A stretch of DNA of 62,906 bases, filler included, from Octopus bimaculoides (lineage: Eukaryota), in assembly GCF_001194135.2 (NCBI RefSeq). It is 7 parts of 7 records of this genome, joined end to end, with 100 filler letters (N's around TTAATTAATTAA, not from the genome) between each part and the next. Parts side by side here need not be neighbours in the genome. Positions count along the whole stretch, not along the records: positions 47,131 to 51,010 come from NC_068987.1; positions 51,111 to 60,551 come from NC_068981.1; positions 60,652 to 62,906 come from NC_068986.1; 4 more parts are not named here. One strand, written 5' to 3'. Positions within the stretch are counted from its first letter, which is position 1. Every line of letters starts with the position of its first letter. Positions 47,665-61,267 of the stretch are shown here, in pieces. The position numbers and the translations under genes were made by a program. The notes beneath the pieces are model-generated. The model was not told the DNA's origin and searched no databases. It worked only from the letters and a program-made list of their open reading frames with translations.

Positions 47665-48374
47665 NNNNNNNNNNNNNNNNNNNNNNNNNNNNNNNNNNNN
47701 NNNNNNNNNNNNNNNNNNNNNNNNNNNNNNNNNNNNNNNNNNNNNNNNNNNNNNNNNNNNNNNNNNNNNNNNNNNNNNNNNNNNNNNNNNNNNNNNNNNN
47801 NNNNNNNNNNNNNNNNNNNNNNNNNNNNNNNNNNNNNNNNNNNNNNNNNNNNNNNNNNNNNNNNNNNNNNNNNNNNNNNNNNNNNNNNNNNNNNNNNNNN
47901 NNNNNNNNNNNNNNNNNNNNNNNNNNNNNNNNNNNNNNNNNNNNNNNNNNNNNNNNNNNNNNNNNNNNNNNNNNNNNNNNNNNNNNNNNNNNNNNNNNNN
48001 NNNNNNNNNNNNNNNNNNNNNNNNNNNNNNNNNNNNNNNNNNNNNNNNNNNNNNNNNNNNNNNNNNNNNNNNNNNNNNNNNNNNNNNNNNNNNNNNNNNN
48101 NNNNNNNNNNNNNNNGAGAATTTGTTGTTTAAAATACACCTGAATTAGAAGAACTTGTAATTATTTTTAAATATAATTTATTTAGATACCAAACTAGTTT
48201 CAATAATTTTTGTTTATTAAAATTGCAAAGTAGAAAAACATGTTTGAAAGATTCGTTTATAAAATTCAATAATATCAAATATGGTCTAAATTTTCACAGC
48301 ATTCAATAATATAAAAATGTGGATACTCATATATATATATGTGTATGTGTGCGTGTGTGTATGTGTGTGTGTGT

Positions 48375-48600
48375 ATGTCTTTGTGTCTGCGGTTGTTCCC
48401 CATTACTGCTTGAGAACCGCTGTCGATGTATTTAAGTAAGTTAACGGTTCGGCAATAGAAACCGCTAGAGTAAGTCATAGGCGAAAACATGAAGTGAAAT
48501 GTAAATGCTGCGGTCGATTCATTTGACTAAAACTTCTTACAGGTGGCGCCACTGCATGGCCATAGTCTAATGACCGGAACAAGTAAAATATAAATAACAG
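48375..48600 (+). mobile_element. Diverged SINE family A 3' half
   Basis: GCTTGAGAACCGCTGTCGATG...ACGGTTCGGCAATAG...GCATGGCCATAGTCTAATGACCGGAACAAGTAAA. Confidence 0.7.
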
Positions 48601-48627
48601 AAAGATACAGACTTACAAATTTGGTGG

Positions 48628-48960
48628 GAATGGATTATGTCAATTACATCGACCCCAGTGCATAACTGGTACTTATTTAATCGACCCCGGTGGTATTTGA
48701 CCTCAGAACATGAAGACAGACGAAATACCGCTAGGCATTTCGCCTGGTGTGCTGACGATTCTTTTCTACTCTAGGCACACGGGCCGTAATTTTAGTGGAG
48801 GGGGCCAGTCGATTACATCGACTCTAGTGCACTACTGGTGCTTAATTTATCGACTCCGAAAGAATGAAAGGCAAATCGACCTCGATGGTATTTGAACTCA
48901 GGACATAAAGACAGAGCATTTCGCCCGGTGTGCTAACCATTCTGCCAGCTCATCGCCTTA
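48628..48960 (-). mobile_element. Tandem, partly deleted SINE family B copies
   Basis: Two occurrences of ATTACATCGAC..AGTGCA.ACTGGT.CTTA.TT.ATCGAC and of AGACAGA...GCATTTCGCC.GGTGTGCT.AC. Confidence 0.75.
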
Positions 48961-49849
48961 TACAACACATATAAATAATAAAGATACGAACTCATTTTCA
49001 ATACGTCTAAGCATGTTGTCTGACATGTTAACGCTTCTCCCAGCTCGCCACCTTTAAAATCTTAATGACACCATCAACAAGTAAAAAAAATTTCTGACCA
49101 GCTCGCCTTGCAATCTACCTGCATTCCTTTGCGAATTCCTAAAAAGTAATCCCACAACCTGAAGCTAAAGAGATGAACCTGATTAAAACGTTCGACATTC
49201 GTGACTGAATTCCGAACAATAACATATCTCCAAATTTAATCAATAAAAATCTTCCATAATGTTTTCTCATCAGAAGCTACATTGCAACCTAATTCCTATT
49301 AAATTCGACATAGACAATATAAAACCCGGATAAACTGAAATGGAGCACAGTTCAACGAAAGCTAAGCAGTTCAAAACTTCGAGATTATTGCCAGCGCTAT
49401 TCTTCTCAAAGAATTATGATTACATACCCAACGTTGATTACGTTTCCCGAGGAAAACTAACAAAATCGAAACATCGTATAAATTGTCGACAAAGTTTGAC
49501 ATTTTATTAGAATCTCATTCTTCAGAGCGTGTGTTCTTTTTTTTTTCACCAAATATTTAAAATAAGCTGGAAAATTATTAGATTTATTTCTAAGGCTTTT
49601 TATGTTGACATTTTAATCAGAATCAGAGGAAGTGCTTTTTATCTCTAATTGTAAATATTAATCGAATTATAAAAAAAAAAAACAATGTTGTCCATTTATG
49701 TGTTCGTGTGTGTTTCTGTATGCGTATGTGTATGTATAATATGTAAAGTTATATATTTATATATCTATATACACACGCACACTTTTATGTATATTTTTGT
49801 GTGTAATGTGTACACTTGTTTCAATGTATATGTGTATGTGTAACTTCAG

Positions 49850-50240
49850 GAATGACTGTGTCGTAAGTAGTTTGCTCCCCACATGGTTCTGAGTTCAGTC
49901 CCGCTCCGTGTTACCTTCGGCTAGTGTCTTCTACTATAGCCTCGGGCTGAGTGAAGCCTTGTGAGTGGACTTGGTAGACGGAAACTTAAAGAAGCCCGCC
50001 GTATATGTATGTATGTATGCATGTATGAATTTTTGCGTTTGTGTTTGTCCCCCCACCATCACTTGACAACTGATATTGCTTTGTTTATGTCCCCGTAACT
50101 TAGCGGTTCGGCCCAAGGGACAAACAGGATAAGTACTAGGTTTACAAATAGCAAGTCCTGGAGTCGATCTCTTCGACTAAAAGTGGTGCTCAGCATGGCC
50201 ACATTCAAATGACTGAAACCAGAAAAAGAATAAAAGAATA
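49850..50240 (+). mobile_element. SINE family A, both halves with internal (TATG)n
   Basis: Head, GGTAGACGGAAAC, microsatellite, CCCCGTAACTTAGCGGTTCGG and GACTGAAACCAGAAAAAGAAT tail. Confidence 0.85.
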
Positions 50241-50289
50241 TTATATATATATNNNNNNNNNNTACATACACACAGAGGATGCGTGGGGT

Positions 50290-50960
50290 ATTGAGGACAG
50301 TTTTCGTATACAATAAAATAACTATATTTCAGCAAAAGTAAATATGCATTTGAATAAACATTTGTGCAATTAGTCTTGTTAATGATTTTTAAAGCACATT
50401 ATTCTATGAAACCATCTTCGGCTTTGATGATTGCTTCAATGCGGGAGCGAAACCGCTGACATGCTGACACTATATGGTCCTTATTCATTTCGGACATCAC
50501 CTGGACAATGGCGGCCTTCAGTGAAGCTATGGTGTTATGAGGATGACGATTAGTCTCCCTTTCAACAGCGCTTCACATGTAGTAGTTCATGTGGTTCAAA
50601 TCTGGCGAGTTTGGAGGTCCCGTATTGAGTGTTACATAATCATAAAGATTGTCTGACAACCATTCTTGGGTGACTAAGGCTTTGTAAGAAAGTGCTAAGT
50701 CTTGTTGAAACACGTTTGGCCTTCCATTTATACTTCATCAATCCAGGGCCTGATAAAAAATTCCAGTACCTCAATCTATCCACCAGCATTAATTCTTAGA
50801 CCATGTGGGGAAAAAATGGGGAGGTATCACATGACTTTTACTACTCAATTCTCCTAAAATCATCACAGTTGCTGGAAATTTCGTGTGTATCACTCTGGGT
50901 ACTTCACAATAATCTGCACATAACCACCTGCCATTTCTTCTGTTAGACTTTTCATCCTGG
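50290..50960 (-). mobile_element. Tc1/mariner (DD37D-like) transposase pseudogene, 3' part
   Basis: NLDQDEKSNRRNGRWLC...HTKFPATVMILG...GRPNVFQQD...TQEWL...PPNSPDLN...SLKAAIVQVM...ACQRFRSRIEAIIKAEDGFIE*. Confidence 0.85.
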
Positions 50961-51110
50961 TCCAAGTTTTTTCGTTATATGTACACGTGTGTGTGTGTGT
51001 GTGTGTGTGTNNNNNNNNNNNNNNNNNNNNNNNNNNNNNNNNNNNNNNNNNNNNTTAATTAATTAANNNNNNNNNNNNNNNNNNNNNNNNNNNNNNNNNN
51101 NNNNNNNNNN

Positions 51111-51245
51111 AAGAAGAAGAAGAAGAGGAGGAGGGGGAGGGGAGGAAGTTTAAAAAGAAGGGGAAGAGGAAGAAGAAGAAGAAGAAGAAGAAGAAGAAGA
51201 AGAAGAAGAAGAAGAAGAAGAGGAGGAGGAGGAGGAAGAAGAAAT
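51111..51245. repeat. (GAA/GAG)n microsatellite
   Basis: Direct reading. Confidence 0.95.
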
Positions 51246-51946
51246 ACGATAAGGAAAAGAAGAATGAGATGAAAAAGAAAAACTGGACAGAGAAGAAGCA
51301 AGAGAAAAATAGAAGTAGGAGGAGGAGGAGGAAGAGTAGAGGACAAAGGTGGTGTCTAATCTACACATTTAAAGATCAATACATTTGTTTGGCTATTAAT
51401 TTAGCAATGCGAAGATGTTTTTATCGTTCGTTTATGGATGGTTTTATGCCTAGTTTACAGCTTCGTTCGACATTGATGGGCGAATATGGTTGAAAAGGTG
51501 AAACATTGCTGAGAGAAATTAGATGTGAATCTACGTAGATGCATGTATTTATGTATTTATGCGTACGTTAGCGTATGTGTGTGTTTAACTATGCGTATGT
51601 GTATTTAATCCGTCGGCCCGGTTTAAACGTCACCATATGGCGGCACTTTGGTGCCTTTAATGGTTTCCCACTCTGTTGCTTGTCTGAATGGCTGGACGTA
51701 TTATTTATGCATGTATGAGTTTTAGTGTGTGGTGTGTTGTATGTGTGTGTGTGTGTGCGCGTGTGTGTGTGTGTGTGTGCGTGTACTGAGTATTCCGGTT
51801 AACCTTGGCAGTTTGCTTAAAGCAGTGGTTCTTAACAGGGGCATATATGACCCTTGGGGGGTCTGTATAAGATTTTGCTTTTATGTGCAGTAAGTTGGAT
51901 ATTCTTCTGCAGTACGCAAAATATTTTAACATTTTTCTATACAATA

Positions 51947-52348
51947 GGCGCAGGAGTGGCTGTGTGGTAAGTAGCTGGCTTACCAACCACATGGTTCTGG
52001 GTTCAGTCCCACTGCGTGGCACCTTGGGCAAGTGTCTTCTACTATAGCCTCGGGCCGACCAAAGCCTTGTGGATTTTGTAGACGGAAACTGAAAGAAGCC
52101 CGTCGTATATATGTATATATATGTGTGTTTGTGTGTCTGTGTTTGTCCCCCCACCATCGTTTGACAACCGATACTGGTGTGTTTACGTTCCCGTAACTTA
52201 GCGGTTCAGCAAAAAGAGACCGATAGAATAAGTACTAGGCTTACAAAGAATAAGTCCTGGGGTCGATTTTCTCGACTAAAGGTGGTGCTCAAGCATGGCC
52301 GCAGTCAAATGACTGAAACAAGTAAAAAAGTAAAAGAGTAGAAGAGTA
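51947..52348 (+). mobile_element. Full-length SINE family A
   Basis: GGCGCAGGAGTGGCTGTGTGGTAAG through GACTGAAACAAGTAAAAAAGTAAAAGAGT. Confidence 0.92.
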
Positions 52349-52377
52349 ATACTTAATAATATTTAATTATTAAAATA

Positions 52378-52600
52378 AAGCGGTGAGCTGGTAGAATCGC
52401 TAGCACGGCTTGTAAAAATTCTTAGCAGCATTTCGTCCGTCGTTACGTTCTGAGTTCAAATTCTGCCGAGGTCGACTTTGCTTTTCATACCTATTGGAGT
52501 CGATAAAATAAGTACCAGTTGAACAGTGGAGTCGAAGAAATCGACTTACCTCCACTCCCGAAATTGCCGGCCTTGTGCCAAAATTTGAAACTAATATTTA
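52378..52600 (+). mobile_element. Full-length SINE family B
   Basis: GCGGTGAGCTGGTAGAATCG...GAGTTCAAATTCTGCCGAGGTCGACTTTGC...GTGCCAAAATTTGAAAC. Confidence 0.88.
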
Positions 52601-52711
52601 ATTATTAGGACATAATGGGATTTTTTAAACATCGAATGGTTATGGAGGTTCAGTAGAGTTAAATAGAACGCAAAGGTTTCCACAGCCCAAAAATGGTTGA
52701 GAACCACTGGC

Positions 52712-53470
52712 ATCATAAGAAATGGAAGCTCAATATCCCATCCAAAGGTACATTTTGTTTTCAATCAAATGGTATCACTCAGGCAGCACCTCCTAAACAA
52801 CAGCAGCAAAAGTTACATATATCAATACAGTCCTGAAAAGTGAAGTGAGCAACATTGTATGAGTTGGCAGTTAACTACTGAAGAAACACCCTCTTCCTGA
52901 TGATCTCCTATACAGACCCAAAACAGCTGGGCTCTCTTACTTCAGAGAAGACCTGGATGGAATTCACCCAGCATACAGAAAACAGATCATGCATGGGTAT
53001 ATTGCCCGGAAGATTGGAGAAGACAGTAGAATTGACACGAAGCGCAGTCAACTCAAGGAATACTGGTAGAATATTCCCATCAAAACCTCTGTTAAATATA
53101 AGCATAACAGGCCGGATATTTTTGTTTGGGATAGAGGGGCATAAAGGTTTAAAAATCAAAGGAAAAGAGGATACTTATGGACAACTGCTTCGAAACCTCC
53201 AGCTTCTATATCCACACTATGAATTCATATTCATGCCAATAATTGCAGCACTAGGTTTTGTTAGTAAATGCTTAAAGGAGAATCTGGATAAACCGGTGTT
53301 TTCAGAAAGAGAAACTGACCGACTGGTTCGTGCATTACAAGTTTAATCTGTGAGTGGAGCAATAAAGATATGCAAGACTTTTCTCAAGTTCCAGATGGAG
53401 CCTTGTGTCTTTGTTGGAAACCGGCTCCCTCCTCAGTGGAAGATTTATAATAATTAGAAAATAGAAGAGA
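52712..53470 (+). mobile_element. R4/Dong-like LINE 3' fragment ending in (CATA)n
   Basis: HNRPDIFVWDR...KEDTYGQLLRNLQLLYPHYEFIFMPIIAALGFVSKCLKENL; 3' end AATAGAAGAGACATACATAC. Confidence 0.8.
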
Positions 53471-53699
53471 CATACATACATACAAACATACATACATACA
53501 TACATACATACATACATACATACAAACATATAGAATACGTTCATGTGTAGATAATACGCTCTACTATATTTTACATTTTCATATTTTCATTAATGGTTTT
53601 AATTTTAACTGCCTAATTTACCGTGTCTTTTCTAGTTTATGTGAATTCCATTTTCTATAATAATCTGCTGATGCAGGTACACACACATTCAAGTATTCC

Positions 53700-54015
53700 A
53701 GTATTCACAGGTATGAAATCTTAAGTTATAGTCCGTATGTAATATTATCAGATTTCTCATTAATTCTGCTGAAATGTCTAATTTTTCTTTTCTGTTAAAT
53801 ATTATGTTAACGTGACAAGTAATTTTTGTTACTGTGCATTTCATCTTTTCTCTGTTGTAAATCATTATGTCTGGTCTGTTGTGCCTAAATTTGGCAGAAA
53901 TTTTGACAGGAAAATGACATGTGTATTAATTTATATCATGAGTGAGTATGCCTCCAATGTCACTGTAACCTCTGATATTTCGATCTTCAGGACTATCCTT
54001 TCTATGACAGCATTT
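53700..54015 (-). mobile_element. Diverged R4/Dong-like RLE fragment
   Basis: RKDSPEDRNIRGY...KFRHNRPDIMIYNREKMKCTV; (TGTA)n at its 5' junction. Confidence 0.65.
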
Positions 54016-54199
54016 TAATATATTTGTATGTATGTATGTATGTATGTATGTATGTATGTATGTATGTACGTGTGTACGAATGTAGAGGTGTTGACGTATA
54101 TGTGTAGGCATGCATATGTACACGTTTATCCGTACACATATGTACATATACATTTCTATGTACACATTCATGTGCAGTGTGTATAGACTTGGGTACCAT

Positions 54200-54960
54200 T
54201 GCATATGTTTTCTTTCTAATTTTCAACATTCTTTTTGGAGTAATGGAGCTGGTTTCTATCAAAGAAAATGTCCGTCATTGGAAATTAGATGACAATAACT
54301 ATAATTGCTACATATCGAATTTTTAAAAAGTCTTGCGCATTTTGATTGTTCCACTTACAGATTGTATCTATAGAGTTCGTGTTAGCTGGTCTCTTTTATT
54401 TTATTTATTTATTTATTTTTGCTTGAAAATTCCACCTCTTCCAGTTTGTGTCTTAGGTATTTACTAAAATAATCGAGAGCACCCATGATTATTGGTATAA
54501 TGAAAATTTATAACCTGAGTAGAAGATGTGCAGTTTTCGAAACTGTTGTCAATACATATATATATATCCACCTCACTGATTTTAGAAGTGATGTTCACAT
54601 CTGTTGGGCAACTAACTTCTATGACTGTACATGACTTTTCCCTTCTGTCTTAAATAGCTATGTTAGGTCTATTATTTTTGTACTATGTAGAAGTTCTGTT
54701 GAGGAAGTTCCACCAATATTCCTTGTGCACTTATTGACTGTCTGCGCTAATTCTTTTTTTTTTTTTTTGCTCTTTTTCTCTTTTAGAGTCTATCAATGTT
54801 GTTGCTTTTATGGAAATGAGCAGTCCATGCCTGGTTCATGTTGATTTCATGTCCATGGAGAGGGTTTCCTCTATAGACCAGTCGAGTATCCTAAATGTTA
54901 GTACTAGCATGGCTACAACAAATGAATTGAGTGTAATGTCTTGTTGAACAGGGTAAACTG
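54200..54960 (-). mobile_element. Diverged R4/Dong-like RT-RLE fragment
   Basis: VAMLVLTFRILDWSIEE (late RT), GTAAGTGGAACAATCAAAATGCGCAAGAC and the family 3' UTR. Confidence 0.65.
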
Positions 54961-55826
54961 GGCTGTTCCATAAAGCAGCAAACAGAAAACAAACAAACCT
55001 TAACAAGGAACATGGCCTGGATTGATTACTGAATCGCATTTGAAACGGCATGTAACTAAAGTATCCACAATAGTGATAAAATAAATCTGCCAAGATATGT
55101 CAGAATAGGACTTTTTTGAAACAAGCTTTTACTGAAGAGAAATGTTTAGACAAGGATAAAGCAACAGAAAAGTTTGAAAAAAGCAGCCGACAAAATTCAG
55201 ACGAAATGGTAAAGTTAAATGAGAAAATATTGAAAGAAAACTCAATCCTTGATCAATACCTTCTAGTAGTGGACAAGTTAAGTGTAAGCTAGAGTATAAA
55301 TTAACCACAGCTAAAAGCTCTAGGTTAAAAACAGAAATAAAAATGTTTGATTTTAGCTACATAGAACCAACGCATAGCCATAAATATATTGACAAAAAAA
55401 TAATTAACATGAAGTGCAAATTATTCAACAAGTGCAATGTAACAACTGACCACATCATTTTTCCGGTTACCTCAGTCGTCTCTATACTCACAGACACTGT
55501 CCACTAAAACCAGATGAGAATTTGCGTCCCGGTATTATATCAGTTCCTTTCCTTGACCAGAATTAGCATTAAAGTTAATGGTGCATTTTTTTTATTTTAT
55601 TTATTGAACATGTTGCGAGTTCACTACATGATGAAGTTATCCCTGCGAAATTTCCTTTGACATACATCAAATTTATCATAAACGACATTTGAGTTGTAAC
55701 CAGAGTGTCGTAATAATAGATACAATTACATTACTGAATGTGCAATTATCCTTATTTATGACCGTAGAATGTAATCAGAATTTGGCTGCTATTTCTAGCA
55801 GTTGGGGAACCACGTAAAAGCGTCAC

Positions 55827-56211
55827 TGTTGTTGGCATTCTGTCGCTTACGACGTCGAGGGTTCCAGTTGATCCGATCAACAGAACAGCCTGCTCGTGAA
55901 ATTAACGTGCAAGTGGCTGAGCACTCCACAGACATGTGCACCCTTAACGCAGTTCTCGGGGATATTCAGTGTGACACAGAGTGTGACAAGGCTGAGCCTT
56001 TGAATTACAGGCACAACAGAAACAGGAAGTAAGAGTGAGAGAAAGTTGTGGTGAAAGAGTACAGCAGGGTTCGCCACCATCCCCTGCCGGAGCCTCGAGG
56101 AGCTTTAGGTGTTTTCGCTCAATAAACACTCACAACGCCCGGTCTGGGAATCGAAACCGCGATCCTATGACTGCGAGTCCGCTGCCCTAACCACTGGGCC
56201 ATTGCGCCTCC
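55827..56211 (-). mobile_element. tRNA-derived SINE family C
   Basis: Head GGAGGCGCAATGGCCCAGTGGTTAGGGC...GGTTTCGATTCC; probable TSD AAAAGCGTC(A/G)C on both sides. Confidence 0.92.
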
Positions 56212-57507
56212 ACAAAAGCGTCGCTAGTCAGCTTGTTAAAGAATAGAACACAACACAATTAACAAATGCATACAAAGAAGAGATATGGTGTAAATCTTCA
56301 GAATAAGCTTCCCTTCTCCATCCAACAACTTGTTTAGTGTTATACCTTACATACAGCACTAGCTTCACTGTTGTCATAATTCAATGTTGACAATCTCTAG
56401 GAAATGATCGGAAGCCTGAAAATACATCCTTTTAATGGCGGATGTCTCTTAGAAAAAAAAGATCGACAAAATTCATCTAATTTATCCATTTATTTATAGC
56501 CGCTAAAAAAGCTACTTGACAACTGTATTAGAACATGTACATAATAATATATCGCTTAAAACACGATTTCTCTTTTAAAGAAAAACCTACGACAAAGAGA
56601 TGTTTTCTATCTCTTTATACATACTTATATATGTGTACATGCGTATGTATATATATATGTGTGTGTGTATACATACATACACATATTTATATATATTTAT
56701 ATGTATATATATATGTGTGTGTGTATNNNNNNNNNNNNNNNNNNNNNNNNNNNNNNNNNNNNNNNNNNNNNNNNNNNNNNNNNNNNNNNNNNNNNNNNNN
56801 NNNNNNNNNNNNNNNNNNNNNNNNNNNNNNNNNNNNNNNNNNNNNNNNNNNNNNNNNNNNNNNNNNNNNNNNNNNNNNNNNNNNNNNNNNNNNNNNNNNN
56901 NNNNNNNNNNNNNNNNNNNNNNNNNNNNNNNNNNNNNNNNNNNNNNNNNNNNNNNNNNNNNNNNNNNNNNNNNNNNNNNNNNNNNNNNNNNNNNNNNNNN
57001 NNNNNNNNNNNNNNNNNNNNNNNNNNNNNNNNNNNNNATATATATATATATATATATACTGTATATATTACACACGCACATCTCGTCTTCTCTATTTTCT
57101 TGTTTTCTCGCTGTCTTTATGTTTTCTCTTTCATCACTGCTTTTTTCTGACTTGAAAACAAGATGTCAATTCGAAAGTTCAAAATCAAATAGCCAGAGAT
57201 TGAGTCTCGTTTCGTTTGACAACTATGCTGTATCTAAATTTCGAATATTGAAACAGCTGTTTTCATTCAAAGTAGACGGAATGAATAAATTCGCGTGTAT
57301 ATATTGCTAGTAACCAACATATTTCCAAGATGAAATAGCAATATATTTTTGCAGTGTAGCTAAGATAAAATTACTATTACGTATGCAGCAGCATGTGGAA
57401 AGACGAACTTGTTTAGGTGCAGAGATAATATCAAAAGCATTCTAGCTATTACCATCTCATCTTTATATGTATATCTAATGTGCCCTTCATTTGGGAAAAC
57501 ATTAGAT

Positions 57508-57718
57508 CAGGGGTCGGCGAACCGGGGTTAATTATCCCAAGTGGAGTAAAAATGAAAATTGGGTGGTGTGGTAATTAGGACTCATTAGACATAAGTAGAA
57601 TAAATTTTAAAAAAACGTGTTCCTTATCTATGATTTCCTTCTTTTCGAATCAAGAAGGTAACGCCAGCGTAAATAAACATATTTTAGGGTAATTGGCTAA
57701 AACGTTCCCCAATCCCTG
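57508..57718. mobile_element. hAT-type MITE with 8-bp TSD
   Basis: TIRs CAGGGGTCGGCGAAC and GTTCCCCAATCCCTG; TSD CATTAGAT at 57500-57507 and 57719-57726. Confidence 0.85.
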
Positions 57719-57727
57719 CATTAGATA

Positions 57728-58340
57728 ATGTAGTGTCGATGAAGTGTGTAGATTATGTAGGGTCAATAAAATTTGTTGCAATCACTTCTGGTGCCACTAG
57801 CACAGAAAGAATACAAGAGACGTCATAACAAAATAGCAAGGATTGTCCATTGGACACTTTGCAACAAGTATGGACTTGACAGATAAAAAAAAGCGGTACG
57901 TACAAAAATCCGAAGGCATCATCGAAAATGGTAATGCAAAGATCCTGCGGGATTTTGTGATTCAGTGCGACCATGAGATAAAGAATAGGAAACCAGACAC
58001 AGTGTTAATTGAGAAAGAAAGCAAACTATACTGGATCATAGATATAGCATGCCCAGCTGACAACAAGGTATGTGATAAGGAAAAAAAGAAAAGTTGATAG
58101 ATATAACAGGTTAGCTTGGGAGGTTAAGCAGTTGTTGTCGCTGAAAGAGGTGGTAGAGGACCAATAATTGTCGGAGCCCTGGGTACAGTGAGTAAAAATC
58201 TTGAGAAATATAGAGAACAAACAGGGGCTACAATAAGGGTGAAGCACTTGCAAAAACAGCACTGCTTGGAACCGCTCGAATACTCTGGATAGTGCTCAAA
58301 AATAAGGGATGATACCTTAGTTCACATCCGTCAGCATGTG
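57728..58340 (+). mobile_element. R4/Dong-like LINE (second subfamily), zinc knuckle plus RLE
   Basis: CRLC..., KEYKRRHNKIARIVHWTLC, NRKPDTVLIEKESKLYWIIDIACPAD, PIIVGALGTV, KTALLGTARIL. Confidence 0.85.
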
Positions 58341-58894
58341 ATGAGTACGGTCAATGTTTTCCTCGGTCGCGGAAGATGCAGAACGACCCGCCTTGGGTTA
58401 TATTTTAGATTTTCCCTTCTCTTCTTAAATTCAACTTTTACACTGTTGATAAAGCGGGAGCGTCATTCCCTAATGATGCCAAATTTTGTCCGTTTTCAAG
58501 AGAAGTTGCTACTAGTTACTTTTGAAGTCTTCTTTGAACAGTCAGATACTTTTTTTTTTTTAACCTAGAAGAAACAATGCATTTATTAATAAGAAGAGTT
58601 GAAATTAATACATGCAAGATTTCATAGTTCTAGCATCACTCCTTCATAGTCAGCCTATGAACTTTTCTAGCCACCCTCGTATACAAACGCGCAGCAGGAG
58701 GAACTAAAAGTGTCATTGTTGTTGTTGCTGTTTTAACCCCTGGGCTTTCCTAGTTGGGTAAACTTAGGATGTTAAGGTACTCTGGCCCATCATGTCAATC
58801 TGTTAAACAAGAAGTACATTTTCTCATCTGCCATTACTTTTCTGCTTTTTAAAAAGATGACATATATTGCCACACGTTGGGCGCAATATATTTC

Positions 58895-59057
58895 GGCGCG
58901 GGCATGGCTGTGTGGTAAGAAGCTTGCTTTCTAACCACATGGTTCCAGGTTCAGTCCCACTGCGTGGTAACTTGGGCAAGTGTCTTCTACTATATCCGCG
59001 GGCCGACCAAAGACTTGTGAGTGGCTTTGGTTGGCGGAAACTGAAAGAAATCTGTCG

Positions 59058-59095
<38 letters not shown>

Positions 59096-59333
59096 TATAT
59101 GTAGGTGTATGTGTGTATCAGTATCTGTGTTTGTCCCACCTGCCATCGCTTGAGAACCGATGTTGGTGTGTTTACGTCCCCGTAACTTAGCGATTCAGCA
59201 AAAAAAAAAGGATTGATAGAGTACTAGGCTTACAAAGAATAAATCCTGGGGTCGATTTCTTCGACTAAAATCCCTTAAGGTGGTGCTCCAGTATGGCCTT
59301 CAAATGACTGAAACAAGCAAAAGAAGTACAAGA
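58895..59333 (+). mobile_element. Full-length SINE family A with internal (AC)n
   Basis: Head, body, microsatellite and GACTGAAACAAG tail are all present. Confidence 0.88.
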
Positions 59334-60651
59334 GTAATATGTGAGGAGATTTGGCTACTATTTCTAGCAGGACGATGTAAATGCTCCCAATTTCGATCGT
59401 CTGAAAGTCAGTATTTATGACACTGAGATGATTCCCATTTACTTTTGTTAACGAGGTTGCCATTTCTTAACCCATGCACAGAAAACCCAGAACACCCAGT
59501 TTGGATTAGGTTTTATTTATTTATTTATTTTACTTTTCTTCTTTTGCTAAACACTGGTTATATTCTAGTTATTCTTTCTTATCCTCTCTTTCTTTACATT
59601 TTCTTAACTCTCTGTCTCTTCATCTTAGTTTAATTCTTTCTTTTCTTCTCTTTTTAGGAGCGTTTACAGAAAAGACGTCAAACGAAAACACATTAACAAA
59701 AAAAAAAAAGAACGGCAACGAAAAAGAAAGAAAACTTTACAACAATCTATTGAAAAATAGTAAGGAAAAAAGCAAAAGAAGTGTGAAAGAAAGAGAAAAA
59801 AAAGGGTATGTGAATGAAATACAAATTCAGTTAAAACAATTTTTTTAAAGACCCCCTACCCCATGGGACGTTTGACACGTATCTGTTGATTCTATATAGG
59901 AATCATTCGTTGCAAAAAGTCATGTCTTGAAATTAGATTATTTTTCTCTTCCGTTGCCTCTTGGTGAACCATTTTAACACCTCCAACGTCAGTACTGCCA
60001 TGACCTTCACCACCAACAACAACAGCAATGACACGACCACCACCACTACCATCATCATAACCACCTCCATTGCAACAATTGCAATCGCCACCACTGCCAT
60101 GATCACTGTTAGCAGCTCAGCCTAAATCCATTGATAGGCTTCCTTTTCTTCTTCTACTTCTTTTTCATCTTCTTCTTTTCCTTCATCTTTTCCCCCTTCT
60201 TATTTCTGTTCTTCTTCCTTCTCTCCTTAATCTTTTTCATTACCATCGTCATTCTTTTACTCCTCTTATTTGACTTTTTACTCTTGTTCTGTGGATGTTT
60301 TCTTTTGTCATAACTATTTGAGTTGATGTTGGTGTTGCTGTTATTCTCGTTCCGATTACTGTTGTTAGCACCAATGGCCTGTAGTTTATTTTCATTCAAA
60401 CGGAAGAATTATTAAATGGTCGTTGGCTCTGCTAAAAAGGACAACCATCTCACTTTGAAATCACACCACCCTGTCGTTTTCAAGGTACGAAGGCTTCATT
60501 AAACAATGTTACTCTAAACGCAATGTCTCCTTAAATATATATATATATATANNNNNNNNNNNNNNNNNNNNNNNNNNNNNNNNNNNNNNNNNNNNTTAAT
60601 TAATTAANNNNNNNNNNNNNNNNNNNNNNNNNNNNNNNNNNNNNNNNNNNN

Positions 60652-60690
<39 letters not shown>

Positions 60691-61199
60691 GCGTGTGTGT
60701 GTGTGTGTATGTGTGTGTGTGTGTGTGTGTGTGTATTCATATACGTACATAAACATACGCACATGCACAAAAAAATAAGAGTGGGCAAGGAACAATTTAC
60801 TGGAGTACATAAACTATATACACAGAGAGAAAGGGAAGACGATCTCAACGAGAAAGGGAGAGACAATCAGACAGAGAGAAAAGAAAAACAAAGAGAGGGG
60901 GAGAGCAGTGAGAGGGATAGGAAGAGAAAGAGGGAGAGAGAGAGAATAAGTAGGGAAACTAACAGTTTAGCATGAGATAATACTGGCTACAGTTGCTGAA
61001 ACTACTGTCAAGTGTTGTGCTGCATATTTGCGGGGTTTCCTGCAACTCTAACCCCTAGCAACCCTTAACGCTACCACCAACCAAACACTGATCCCTATTC
61101 ATTGATGGCGATAATATTTCTATAGAGCTCGAGACATACCTTCCTGCTTCACGTCATTCAACCTTTTTTCCTTTTCTCTTTCTTTCCCCGCATTTATCT

Positions 61200-61218
61200 C
61201 CCTTCCATCCCTTATCTA

Positions 61219-61267
<49 letters not shown>

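Larger units (their letters stand above)
51823..52709. mobile_element. hAT-type MITE hosting two nested SINEs
   Basis: Termini CAGTGGTTCTTAAC and GGTTGAGAACCACTG; no matching 8-bp TSD found. Confidence 0.55.

Noticed and set aside
54787-54950. Strong-looking plus-strand acceptor followed by a roughly 53-codon open frame
   Set aside because: It is the antisense strand of an R4-like RT fragment; the T-tract is a poly(A) run of the element strand.
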